DNA from: Octopus sinensis
Lineage: Eukaryota
Direction of reading: 5' to 3'
Length of the DNA stretch: 64,000 bases
Assembly (NCBI RefSeq): GCF_006345805.1
Contig: NC_043000.1
Location: forward strand, 46,872,001-46,936,000
In this document: positions 1 to 11,417 of the stretch, in pieces
Layout: every line of letters begins with the position of its first letter
Numbering within the stretch: position 1 is the first letter of the stretch
Notes under the pieces: model-generated
What the model saw: only the letters and a program-made list of their open reading frames with translations
What the model was told of the DNA's origin: nothing
The model's database searches: none
Translations under genes and position numbers: made by a program

Positions 1-294
1 ATATTCTAAGTAAAAAGTTTCTTATTCTTTACTTTACTTGATGTAATAGTTTGTCCCATACTTTTACAGGTGTAATAACTTGTCCTGTACTTTTCCAGGT
101 TTATAATCCTAAGAATATTAATTCTCAAGCTCGCATTTTTCCACGTAATAATCACTTGCTCATATTGGTCAGAGACTACAGGTTTTCATGGAACTTATAT
201 AAATTTGATTGCTTGGTAACCAATGAGGGAGACTTAATTTAAATGTCTTGTGTGCTGGAAAAAGCATTTAAATCTCCATCCTGGCACATTAGAC

Positions 295-680
295 TAGTGG
301 TTCCGAGAGTGGGCAGTATTGCCCACCCCGGGGGGGGGGGGGGCAGTGGAAAGTTCCAAGGGTGCATTGAAGAAAAGTGAGGCGATAATGTGGTAGAGAT
401 TCATGTAAAAAGTGAGGCAATAATGTGAATCATGTAAAAACGATTCATGTAAAAATAACAAAATAATGGGTTCATTACTCTTTTACTTGTTTCAGTCATT
501 TGACTGTGGCCATGCTGGAGCACTGCCTTTAATCGAGCAAATCGACCCCAGGACTTATTCTTTGCAAGCCTAGTACTTATTCTATTGGTCTCTTTTGCAG
601 AACCGCTAAGTTATGGGGACGTAAACACACCAGCATCGGTTGTCAAGCAATGTTGAGGGGACAAACATAGACACACAAAC

Positions 681-716
<36 letters not shown>

Positions 717-1020
717 GACGGGCTTCTTTCTGTTTCCATCTACGAAATCCACTCACAAGGCTTTGGTTGGCCTGAGGCTATAGTAGAAGACACTTTTCCA
801 AGGTGCCATGCAGTGGGAATGAACCTTGATCCATGTGGTTGGTAAGCAAGCTACTTACCACACAGCCACTCATGTGCAGGTTAAGTTTTATTTGTGAAAT
901 ACAGTTGCTTTGAATTTGTTTCTGAAAGAGGTCTATGTTCGTGATAGTTGGGGTGGGGGTGCTAGGAATGTGGCCTGGGAGTCAAGGGGAGTGGCAGTCC
1001 AAAAAGTTTGGGAGCCACAG
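295..1020. mobile_element. Non-autonomous hAT-type DNA transposon with a SINE nested inside
   Basis: Degenerate TIRs TAGTGGTTCCGAGA (295) and TTTGGGAGCCACAG (ends 1020) match the CAGTGGTTCCCAA hAT type; 8-bp TSD CATTAGAC (287-294) vs CACTAGAC (1021-1028). Confidence 0.75.
476..871 (-). mobile_element. tRNA-derived SINE family A, full length
   Basis: Family consensus from the copies in this window: head GAGTGGCTGTGTGGTAAG..GGTTCA(G)TCCC (Pol III A/B-like boxes), CORE-like CCTTGGGCAAGT, internal (TA)n/(TG)n tract, 3' end CCAGCATGGCC.CAGTCAAATGACTGAAACAAGTAAAAGAG. About 19 full or partial copies seen. Confidence 0.9.
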
Positions 1021-1353
1021 CACTAGACTCTTAAAATAAAGAAGAATACAGTAACACAAAGTAGGATGATCAGTATACGTGTAGTCCTTAAACAACAACA
1101 ATAACTACTCTTCTTTTCATATCATTCTTAGAATATGAACAGCAAAATGTATGTAGTTTAAACAATCACAAGATGTTTAATCAAGAATAATGCTGTCTTT
1201 TTAATTACATATTTTTTAGAATACACTGTATATTTGATATTTGATTTCTAACACTAGAACCAAAGCTACATATTTAATAGAAGGATTGTTTATCATTTAA
1301 AACAACCCAGGATTTAATTAGCACACTGTATAATTAACAAATGCTGTAATCAG

Positions 1354-1870
1354 TTGAAATATGTTTATGGGGAAGATTGCTTGAATGAAAGAACTTACAG
1401 AAGATGGTTTGCAAAATTCAGAAGTGGAGATTTCAGCCTTGAAGATGAAGATCGAACAGGACGTCCAGTTGAGTTTGATGAGAAGCTCCTTGAGACATTA
1501 CTTGAAGAAAATCCTGCATTATCAGTTGAAGAATTGGCAATAAAGCTTAGTTCCAACCATACTACTGTTCATCGTCATCTTCAACAACTTGGAAAAGTTC
1601 CTATACTTGGAAAATGGGTGGCTCATGAATTGTCCGAAAACAACTGCAAATCCCGACTTGACATCTGCTCTTCTCTTCATTCGTGTTAACTCATTTCCCC
1701 CTTTTTGGATAGAATTGTGATTGGTGATGAAAAATTGATCTTCTACCGAAATGTTAAAGGGAAAAAGATCAACAACAACCGAGAAGGGAACTTCATAGGA
1801 AAAAGGTTCTTCTCTCTATCTGGTGGGATTGCAAAGGAGTAATTCACTTTGAATTGTTAATCAATGCTCA
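1354..1870 (+). mobile_element. Mariner transposase pseudogene fragment
   Basis: HTH region RRWFAKFRSGDFSLED..GRP, WVAHEL (WVPHEL motif), then after a stop FLDRIVIGDEK (first catalytic D); truncated at both ends, no TIRs seen. Confidence 0.92.
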
Positions 1871-1899
1871 AGTCACATACAAACTCTCTTATACACATA

Positions 1900-2152
1900 C
1901 ACGTGCACCTTTATTATCTCCCCTTCTCCCTAGGTCTCCTGTGTGACCCTTCTGTCCAGCATTCACCGTGATAGATTGCTAGCCACTACACATTCTTTAT
2001 TTTCTCTCCTTGTTTCTTTCTGTGTTCCTTTCTGTGGAAGAGCATAGACTTGAAATGTTAAAGACTTTTTTCACTTCCTGATCATTATACTAATACATCT
2101 GTTTGTTGTCTACACCACCTGTCTTCATCTTTTGTTTTTTGTGAATTCTCCC
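1900..2152 (+). mobile_element. Probable Penelope-like 3' terminal (pLTR) fragment with decayed HHR-like motif
   Basis: Pyrimidine-rich tract then CTGTGGAAGAGCATAGACTTGAAATGTTAAAG, ending in (TA)n; related copies at 20200-20405 (-) and 37270-37570 (+). Confidence 0.5.
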
Positions 2153-2173
2153 TATATATATATATATATATAT

Positions 2174-2560
2174 GGATGGAAGCACTCCGTCGGTTACGAC
2201 GACGAGGGTTCCGGTTGATCCGAATCAACGGAACAGCCTGCTCGTGAAATTAACGTGTAAGTGGCTGAGCACTCCACAGACACGTGTACCCTTAATGTAG
2301 TTCTCGAGGATATTCAGCATGACACAGAGAGTGACAAGGCCGGCCCTTTGAAATACAGGTACAACAGAAACAGGAAGTAAGAGTGAGAGAAAGTTGTGGT
2401 GAAAGAGTACAGCAGGGATCACCACCATCCCCTGCCGGAGCCTCGTGGAGCTTTAGGTGTTTTCGCTCAATAAACACTCACAACGCCCGGTCTGGGAATC
2501 GAAACTGTGATCCTATGACCGCAAGTCTGCTGCCCTAACCACTGGGCCGTTGCGCCTCCA
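2174..2560 (-). mobile_element. tRNA-derived SINE (family C1)
   Basis: Head GGCGCAACGGCCCAGTGGTTAGGGCAGCAGACTTGCGGTC..TTCGATTCCC; 3' half shared with the SINE at 55415-55734. Confidence 0.85.
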
Positions 2561-2718
2561 CATATATATATATATATATACAAACACACACACATATATA
2601 TATATGTACATACACAAACACACACATATATTGAGAGAGGGAGAGAGCGAGAGAGAGAGAGAGGTTTGACAATGCAAACAGGGAAAGCAAAACTCAAGAC
2701 TGAGTATACATATATTTT

Positions 2719-2857
2719 TATCAATGTTTAACAGAAGCAACAGAGTGATTCAAGGACTGAGAGTTTTGTGTGTTAGCATATATCCAAGTTTGATAAGTGC
2801 CAATACATGAAACACTCAGTCCTTGAGTCACTCTGTTGCTTCTGCTAAATATTAATA
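2719..2857. repeat. Fold-back element, ~66-bp arms, with degenerate HHR-like motif on + strand
   Basis: Arms 2719-2784 and 2792-2857 are reverse complements at roughly 80% identity by eye; motif caag-t-TTGATAA-gtg..cat-GAAAc..gTC-cttg at 2785-2825. Confidence 0.7.
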
Positions 2858-3180
2858 TATATTTAAAACATATGACTGGAAAACATTTTTAAATATGCCA
2901 AATTTTCCCTGTCTTCTTTAAAACAGACTTCACAAAAATTTTCCGTCACTATGTGTATCGCATTCAAAGTTAAATTTCTAAATATTTAACACTGGATTAA
3001 TGCGAACTTGCAGATGTGCATCACATGTACACAGCTTGGATTATAACATATTATATTTATTGTGTGTGTATGTATATATATATATTATATATATATTATA
3101 TATATATATGTATGTATATATATATGTATATATATGTATGTATATATATATGTATATATGTATATATATGTATATATGTG

Positions 3181-3249
<69 letters not shown>

Positions 3250-3251
<2 letters not shown>

Positions 3252-3685
3252 CATCATCATCATCATCATCGTTTAACGTCCGCTTTCCATGCTAGCAGGG
3301 TTGGACGGCTCAACTGGGGTCTGGCAAGCCCGAAGGCTGCACCAGGCCAGTCAGATCTGGCAGTGTTTCTACAGCTGGATGCCCTTCCTAACGCCAACCA
3401 CTCCGAGAGTGTAGTGGGGGATTTTATGTGCCACCGACACAGGTGCCAGACGAGGCTGGCAGATGGTCACGCTCGAATGGTGTTTTTTATGTGCCACCGA
3501 CACAGGTGCTAGACGAGGCTGGCGAACGGCTACAATCGGATGGTGTTTGTTACATGCCCACAGCATGGGGCCAGTCGATGCGGTACTGGCTACGGTCCCG
3601 TTCGGAAGGTTTTCTTATGTGCCACCGGCACTGGTACCACAAGGATACAAATTCCATTGATGTTCATCTATTTGATTTGATTTGA
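3250..3685 (-). mobile_element. Short retroposon family D ((GAT)n tail) with internal ~63-bp tandem repeats
   Basis: GGAAGGGCATCCAGCTGTAGAAAC..GCATGGAAAGCGGACGTTAAAC(GAT)n; other copies near 4480, 8196-8360 (+), 9048-9240, 18660-19095, 26530-26800, 29980-30280, 38090-38350 (+), 56505-56743 (+). Confidence 0.85.
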
Positions 3686-3689
3686 CTTT

Positions 3690-4327
3690 CACTTGCCTCA
3701 ACAGGTCTTCACAAGTATCACAAGCAGGAATGTATGCACAGGTGGACTGACTACGTCCCAGGTAGGGGCCATGGGTTATAGCTTCACTAGTCTTGCCGGG
3801 TCTTCTCATGCACAGCATACTTCCATAGGTCTCGGTCTCTAGTCATTTTCATGGTGAGACCTAACGTTTGAAGGTCGTGCTTCACCACCTCGTCCCAGGT
3901 TTTCCTGGGTCTACCTCTTCCACGGGTTCCCTCAACTGCTAGGGATTGGCACTTTCTCACACACCTATCTTCATCCATTCTCGCCACATGACCATACCAG
4001 CGCAATCGTCTCTCTTGCACACAACAACTGATGCTTCTTAGGTACAACATTTCTCTCAAGGAACTAACGCTCTGTCGAGTAAGTACACTGACATTACACA
4101 TCCATCGGAGCATACTGGCTTCATTCCTCATGAGCTTACGCATGTCCTCAGCAGTCACGGCCCATGTTTCACTGCCATGTAGCATGGCAGTTCGTACACA
4201 TGCATCATACAGTCTGCCCTTTACTCTGAGCGAGAGACCTTTAGTCGCCAGCAGAGGTAAGAGCTCCCTAAACTTTGCCCAGGCTATTCTTATTCTAGCA
4301 GTTACACTCTCAGCGCACCCACCCCCA
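3690..4327 (-). mobile_element. RTE-clade LINE, 5'-truncated ORF C-terminus
   Basis: MLHGSETW..RNEASMLRWM..RLRWYGHVARMDE..GTRGRGRPRKTW..DRDLWK, typical RTE C-terminal motifs. Confidence 0.92.
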
Positions 4328-5380
4328 CGTGAATATATATATATACACTACACACACACACACATGTATATATGATGGGCTTCTTTCAGTTTCCATCAAC
4401 CGAATCCTCTCAAGGCTTTGATTGGCCAGGGCTGTAGTAGAAGATACTCATCCACGATGCCATGCATGTATGCATACTCTCATCATCATCATCATTTAAC
4501 ATTTGTTTCCCAGGCTGGCATTAGTTTGGATGGCTTGACAGGAGCAGGCAAGCCAAGAGGGCTGCACCAGGTTCCAATTGTCTGTTTTTGGCAGACAAGA
4601 GATCAGAGTATAAAACAGGGATAGAGATAATTGTCTTAAGATAGAGGAGATACTAGACCACCCCACTAGGACAAGGAAAGAGAGGAAGGTGGGAATGGGT
4701 TAGAGAGATAGATAAAGAGATAATCATAATAAGAAAGAGGGAGATAAATAGATGGTGTTGGAGATGCATTGATGCCTACTCACAAGAAGCAGTGGGAGAG
4801 TATAAGAAGTACAAAAGGGATAGAGTGAAATGTTCTATGAAAGTGTGAGAGTAGATGTTTAGAGATGGGAAAGATATGACTGTAGCAAGTGATGATGATG
4901 AATATTGAAAAGGCTGGAAGTGGGGTATGGTAGATATTTGAGGGCATGAAGAGTGTGTGAATAGGCACATGAAAGGAGAATAAAGGGATCTACAGTGGGT
5001 GTTGAGGGTGTTGGGAAGATGGGTTTTGGGATGTTTTGACAGAGGACAGATAGATAGATAGATAGATAGATATAGATAGATAGATGGATGGATGGATGGA
5101 TGGATGGATGGATGGATGGATGGATGGATGGATGGATGGATGGATGGATGGATGGGTGGTTGGATGGAAGGATGGATAGATAGATAGATAATAGATAGAT
5201 GAATGTATGTATATATACTTACATAAATATATGGATGTATATGTGTTTATTTGTTTTTCTTATGTTTCTTGGCTATTTTTCCCAATGCTTGCTTTTATAT
5301 TTTAAGTATAGAGCTAGACAAATTTTTCAATTGACAGTTTGTTTACATGATTTTGCCAACTTCTTCTTCTCATTCTTCTT

Positions 5381-5421
<41 letters not shown>

Positions 5422-6139
5422 CTGTTTCTCTCCTTCACTCCATCTCCCCTCTTTGTCTTTTCTGTGTTATTTTTTCATCTATCCTACAAATCCTTTTGCT
5501 CATTTCTCACAATCTGCCATGGCACATATATTCTTTCCCTCTTTGCGTTCACATGCACAGAATCATTTTCTTTATTTGTTGCTGTTTCTTCTTTTCGTCT
5601 TTATGCTTAAGAGCTTATGTCAGAATGTAATGGTGTGTTTGCCTGTCATGTTTTACTTCAGTAAAAAGACCCTAACTGTCTGTTCAATAACCCTATTACT
5701 TGTTCTGTTAATTTCTACCAAAGATGTATGTATGTATGTATGCATGCAGTTGTTGTTGTTGTTAAGCAACAAGACGAGTAAGGGTGATTAGGTGATGGTT
5801 TAGGGCTTAGGGGCAAGAGACCCCAGACCTTGAAAAAAAAAACTTTGGTCGTCTTGTTGTAGTCGAGGGCTCTTCATTGACGCCTGACACCACTGGGAGG
5901 TGGCCCTTGAATTCACTGGAAACGGAGATCTCCAGGTCCAAATTCTTGGACGGCTGTATGCATGCATGCTTGTGTGTATGAATGTTTCTTTGTTCTCATT
6001 CTCTTTTTAATTTGGAATTCATTTTGACTGGCCTCTAGCTTTATAGCAAAAATGTGAAAGTAAACATCTTGTTTTGCTCACAATACTTTAAATCTTAAAG
6101 GATTTGTATATTCTTATAGTCCCAGATACTGTGATCTTT

Positions 6140-6500
6140 TGTAGAGTATGAATTAAAGATTTGCATTCTGTCCCCAAGAACCCAAGTTCAGCCATTCTTT
6201 ATTCCAGATGGGTTGGTATGTATCCTTTTGCTCCAATGATAATAAGTATGTAGTTGAAAGTATATCTCGAGTACTGGATTAGCAATCTTATTATCAATGG
6301 TCCACAGATATCCTCTTTCTCTTCTAATTTTCTAATCACATTGGTGTCCAGTTGGCAGCTAATTTGCAAATCAGACCATATCTTTTTATTGTGGTCCCAC
6401 ACAAAAATATCTGGATGGTTGTGTTTAAACATGGAAGCTGTTTTAATTTTTTAAGTCCCACCAATATTCTTTTGGCACATTGGTTGCATTAGAGTCAACT
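6140..6500 (-). mobile_element. R4/Dong-type non-LTR retrotransposon, restriction-like endonuclease fragment
   Basis: KHNHPDIFVWD..DLQISCQLDTNV..EEK..IIIGAKGYIP, a decayed PD-(D/E)xK RLE domain. Confidence 0.75.
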
Positions 6501-6564
6501 TTGTCTGCAAGTGTTTTTCCTTTTGCTATCCTGCATATATGTATGTATATGTATGTATAAAAGT

Positions 6565-7095
6565 AATATAAACTGCAAGTTGCAATGTTTCACCAAAATG
6601 GAGAATTATAATTGTCCCTAAACGTGACTGGGGTATCAAGAAATAACTACATTGCTAGTAATATGAGTAAAATGCTCTAATGCTGTAGTTGATGCACACG
6701 AATGAGAACATATACACTATATATTCAGGGAACTAACTGAATCATCTGAAAAATGCTGATTGAGAATTCTTAATACTGGCATCAGTTTCAACAATTTCCA
6801 TTGCCTCATCAGTTAAGCCCACTCAATGTTGGCTTTCCTTGGCTTGCTTCTCTATTAGTATATACTTTTACGATATCCATATTAGAAGATGATTCAGTGA
6901 TGCACTAACATATATACATAAAATTAATATAAACAGCTGGTTGCAATGTTTCACCAAAAATTAGAATTATAATTGTCATGAATGTGACTAGGGTGTTAAA
7001 AAACACAAACATTGCTAGAAATACAAGCTAAACTGCTTTGATGCTGTAGTTAATGCACATGAATGGAAACAGGTACTGAATCATCTGAGAAATGC
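6565..7095 (+). repeat. Diverged direct repeat (~170-190 bp x2) flanking an HHR
   Basis: 6565-6757 and 6926-7095 share GTTGCAATGTTTCACCAAAA, AGAATTATAATTGTC, ACATTGCTAG, ATGCTGTAGTT and ACTGAATCATCTGA in the same order. Confidence 0.85.
6769..6817 (-). ncRNA. Type I hammerhead ribozyme motif, canonical core
   Basis: Minus strand: cttaa CTGATGA ggcaat-ggaa-attgtt GAAA ctg-atgc-cag TA ttaag. Helices I, II and III all pair, all core nucleotides present, GUA cleavage triplet. Confidence 0.85.
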
Positions 7096-7321
7096 ATTAG
7101 TGATGGCTATGATGACTTAAACTCTAACCTTAATAATGATGAAACCAATCCTGATAACATTCAAAACGATTCTAATATAAATGATAACTATGTAACTTAT
7201 AGCAATCGAAGTGCAAATACTAATAACAACCCCATTACTCTTCAGTAACCCTGGATAATATAATTCTATTGGGTTTAATGATAATTATCACTCTCTGTGA
7301 TCCTCAAATAACACTGATAGT

Positions 7322-7739
7322 ACTGATATCCATAAATCTCCTGAATTATGTAATTGTAGCAATAAACTTCTATGCCCTCTCAATTATTTATGTCTCACTA
7401 AAAATGTTATTAATAGATGTGATGTAAGAAATAATCTAACCACATTTACCTACATCAGTTCAATAACTTGCAAATTTAATAAATGTAATAAAGCTAAGGT
7501 TATATCACCCAAAAAAGAATTTTGTAATTAAAGACAAAAATAGCTTCCAAATAACATGGAGCATTATAAAATGTGCATTACCCCATTCAAACAATAGATA
7601 TAAGTATGGGCTTTGCTGCACTGAATTATGGGAAATACTTAAATGTTCAAGTAACACCCTTAAAGAATCTAGTGAACTCAGGGTGAAATGCTCACACAAC
7701 ATTAAGAACAGATTTTCATTCTTTAAACCTGTTATCTAA
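7322..7739 (+). mobile_element. Penelope-like GIY-YIG endonuclease remnant (Naiad/Chlamys-type motif pattern)
   Basis: CNCSNKLLCPLNYLCLTKNVI..TYISS, frameshift, then ITWSII..GLCCTE..IL..SELRVKCSH, matching CNC..CPL..C..VIY..YIG / W.I..C.LC..E..SEL..CRH. Confidence 0.75.
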
Positions 7740-8997
7740 CATGCTACAAACAATTACTAATTATCTTTAACTTTTTAGCGTCTATTTAACCATGTTTTGT
7801 AACGTAGTTAGATATACTCATCTCACTGAAATATGATTTAAGCAATATGTCAAATTGTGTCATTAGACTTCTTGTAATGTATACTCATTATATCTGTTGG
7901 CAAACTTTGTAACTAATTAATTACTTGATAGTTCAGTGTATAACTTCTTAACCCCTCTATCCTTTGTCAAGGATTTCTTTGTATATCATTATTTTATATA
8001 TTTACATATTTTTGTATGAGTATGTAAATATGTGAGTGTGAGCATATGATTGTGAATATATATGTGGTGCATGCAAGTGAATATATTTGTATGTGTATGT
8101 ATACGCATACTTGTATATGTATGCATATGTGTGTGTGTACACATGTATGTATATATATATATATATATATGTATACATTCATATATATATACATGGAGTG
8201 GTTGGCATTAGGAAGGGCATCCAGCTGTAGAAGCTCTGCCAGATCAGACTGGAGCCTGGTGCAGCCCCTGGCCTCCCAGACCCCGGTCGAACCGTCCAAC
8301 CCGTGCTAGCGCGGAAAACGGACGTTAAACGATGATGATGATGATGATGATGATGATGATATGTGTGTGTAAACCTCTGTGCGTATGTGTATATATTTAT
8401 ATGTACATATATATGTGTGTGTGAGAGAGTGTATGGTGTGTATTTGTGTGTATATCCATAGGTATAGATATATATCTATATATGGGTGTGTTTGTACACA
8501 TGTAATTTGAATATATTTATATGTGTATATGTGCATGTATGTATACGTCTAGGAGTATGACTGAATACAATTTTGCTTCAGCTGAATGGAATAAGACTAA
8601 AGGTTGCTGACAGTTTTATGGCTTTCTGCTGCCTGAAGGTTGTCCCCTTTTACCTCACTTAACTGACAAAATATCTGGTTGGTTCTGATTATCTTAATGC
8701 CAACTGAAGGTTACAGCATTCTGCAGTTCTTGTACATTCTCAATGCCAATATTAGCTATGAAGTATTTTAGATATGTGATTTTAAATAGTAGAATCATTT
8801 GATCTCTGCTCCATGCATTCCTGTTCAATACACATATTCTAATTTTTCCAATAAATTTGAATGCTATTCTTTAAAATACCACTTATTCAATGACATTGGA
8901 TTCACTTTATTCAATGTATGATATCTTACTTGTTTGACATTTTACTTGTTTAAAGTTTTACCTGAAGTCAGTGGATTATATATACATACAATATATA

Positions 8998-9050
<53 letters not shown>

Positions 9051-9242
9051 TCATCATCATCATCATTTAATGTCCGCTTCCCATGCTAGCATGGGTTGGA
9101 CGATTTGAATGAGGACTGGCGGACCAGATGGCTGCACCAGGCTCCAATCTGGTCTGGCAGAGTTTCTCCAGCTGGATGCCCTTCCTAACACCAACCACTC
9201 CGAGAGTGTAGTGGGTGCTTTTACATGCCACTGGAACGAGAC

Positions 9243-9413
<171 letters not shown>

Positions 9414-10149
9414 CAACAGTACTCTTTACATCTATTTTGCATTTACCAACCTCCTCTACTAATTCCCCCTACAATGGATTGAATTGATCAGCCTCCTATT
9501 TTAGGAGACATTTTCTGAATATTCAATTTAGTGAGATCCACCCATAATCACGAGGTTGAGAAATGAACTTCTTAAACACTTTGCTACTTATAATGTTTAC
9601 CTGCAATTTTAAGGTTTGAATCTTTAGTTCTATAAAGGAAAGAAATAATCCGTAAAAGTATGTAGAAGCCTGATCCATCTCTTCAATGTTTTACAGTCAA
9701 AAACACTTATAATAAAATTTATTAATCTTTTGTAAATCAACAATTACATTACATTTATTCTGCATGACATATAACTACTATTTATCTAGTCAGCTAAGCC
9801 TCATTGAATTGATGACTTGCAGGCTGAGTAATATCATTATGGTTACAGCTGAAAGTCAGTTGAAAAATCTATTTCTAGTTCTTCAGATTTGCTTTACTAT
9901 TGCTATATATAATGAAGGGGGACATGTTGAAAATTAACAATTTCAAGAATAAATCTATTCTAAAATATAATGTATTTTTATACTGATCATTATTTATTCT
10001 ACTATACATAAAACTAAAGGTATTGCAAACTTAAAAATAGTATAAAAACTTTATTATGACCTCGATGGCATAAACCGAAGGTGATATTCTTTAATATTAA
10101 ATAAGTAGGCTATAGTGTACAAGATTTGTTAAAAACTAATGCAGTGTTG

Positions 10150-10628
10150 AGCAAACTGCATAGCCCCAAAGTTATATACACTTTGATCTAAAATTCCAAA
10201 TTAATTCATGAATAAAAAACAAAAGTTATAGCCTAAGTATTATCGATTTGTTGGTCTAAAAATTGAAGATAATGTATTCATCAAGTACAAAAGAACAGGA
10301 TGCTATATTCTAGATAACATAGATGGAGGTCTAAAATTAAAAATATATTCATCATTTCCAATTGGTAGGTTATAAGCATTGAAGATATAGATTGTGTGTC
10401 TAAAATTGAAAATATGCTCATCAGTTACATTTGAAAATATAACCATAAATCACTATTAGGTAAGCTATATAACTCAAACGATATGCGCGTGTGTGTGTGC
10501 GCGCGTGCATGTTTCTGTGAGTGTGAATGTTTCTCAGTGTGTGTGTGTGTGTGAATGTTTTTGTGTGTGTGTGTGTATGTGAATGAGCATGTATAATTAG
10601 AAAGCTAGGTGTGTGAGTGTATATACAA

Positions 10629-10720
<92 letters not shown>

Positions 10721-10791
10721 AGAGAGGCAGACAGATAGGTAGATAGATAGCTAGATAGACAGACAGATAGATAGATATATAAATAAATAGT

Positions 10792-10824
<33 letters not shown>

Positions 10825-10860
10825 GGATGGATGGATGGATGGATGGATATATATATAGAG

Positions 10861-10949
<89 letters not shown>

Positions 10950-11160
10950 TACTGTAGAGCTAAAACTGAAAATACATTCCTGGATAATGACAGCAAAGAT
11001 TATATAGCCAAGTAGATATAGATTTGTTGGTCTAAAATTGAAAATATATTCATCAATCACAATTGGGTAGGTTAGAGTCTAGAAGATATCGATTTGTTGG
11101 AGCTAAAATTAAAAATAAATTCATCAAACAGAAAAGTACAGTATATAGCCAAGATGGACA
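10150..11160 (+). pseudogene. Degenerate ~72-bp tandem repeat, probable fossil leucine-rich-repeat coding array, split by microsatellites
   Basis: Anchor (T/G)CTAAAA(T/C)T at 10187, 10255, 10330, 10399, 10959, 11031 and 11102; translated pieces SKLHSPKVI, SLSIIDL, SSVTFENI, SLEDIDL, SKIENI. Confidence 0.55.
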
Positions 11161-11297
11161 TTTTACTTGTAAATGGTTAGTTTCAATTATCAGAACAAAC
11201 AAATATTGCTCAGTTGGTGTTTAGATAAGATGTGAGTGTGTGTGTTTTTGTGTGAGTGTATGAGTATATGTACATACATATTTATATATTGCGTTGA

Positions 11298-11339
<42 letters not shown>

Positions 11340-11417
11340 ATTTGTTTTATTTCTGTTTTTCCATGCTGGCATGTTTTGGACAACGACATGGTTGAGGCAA
11401 TATTTGTGACTGGATTA

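Noticed and set aside
1354-1689. Possible SETMAR-like domesticated gene
   Set aside because: No SET domain, in-frame stop and truncation; an ordinary dead mariner.
5770-5960. GC-richer island, possibly a LINE fragment
   Set aside because: No motif could be assigned with confidence.
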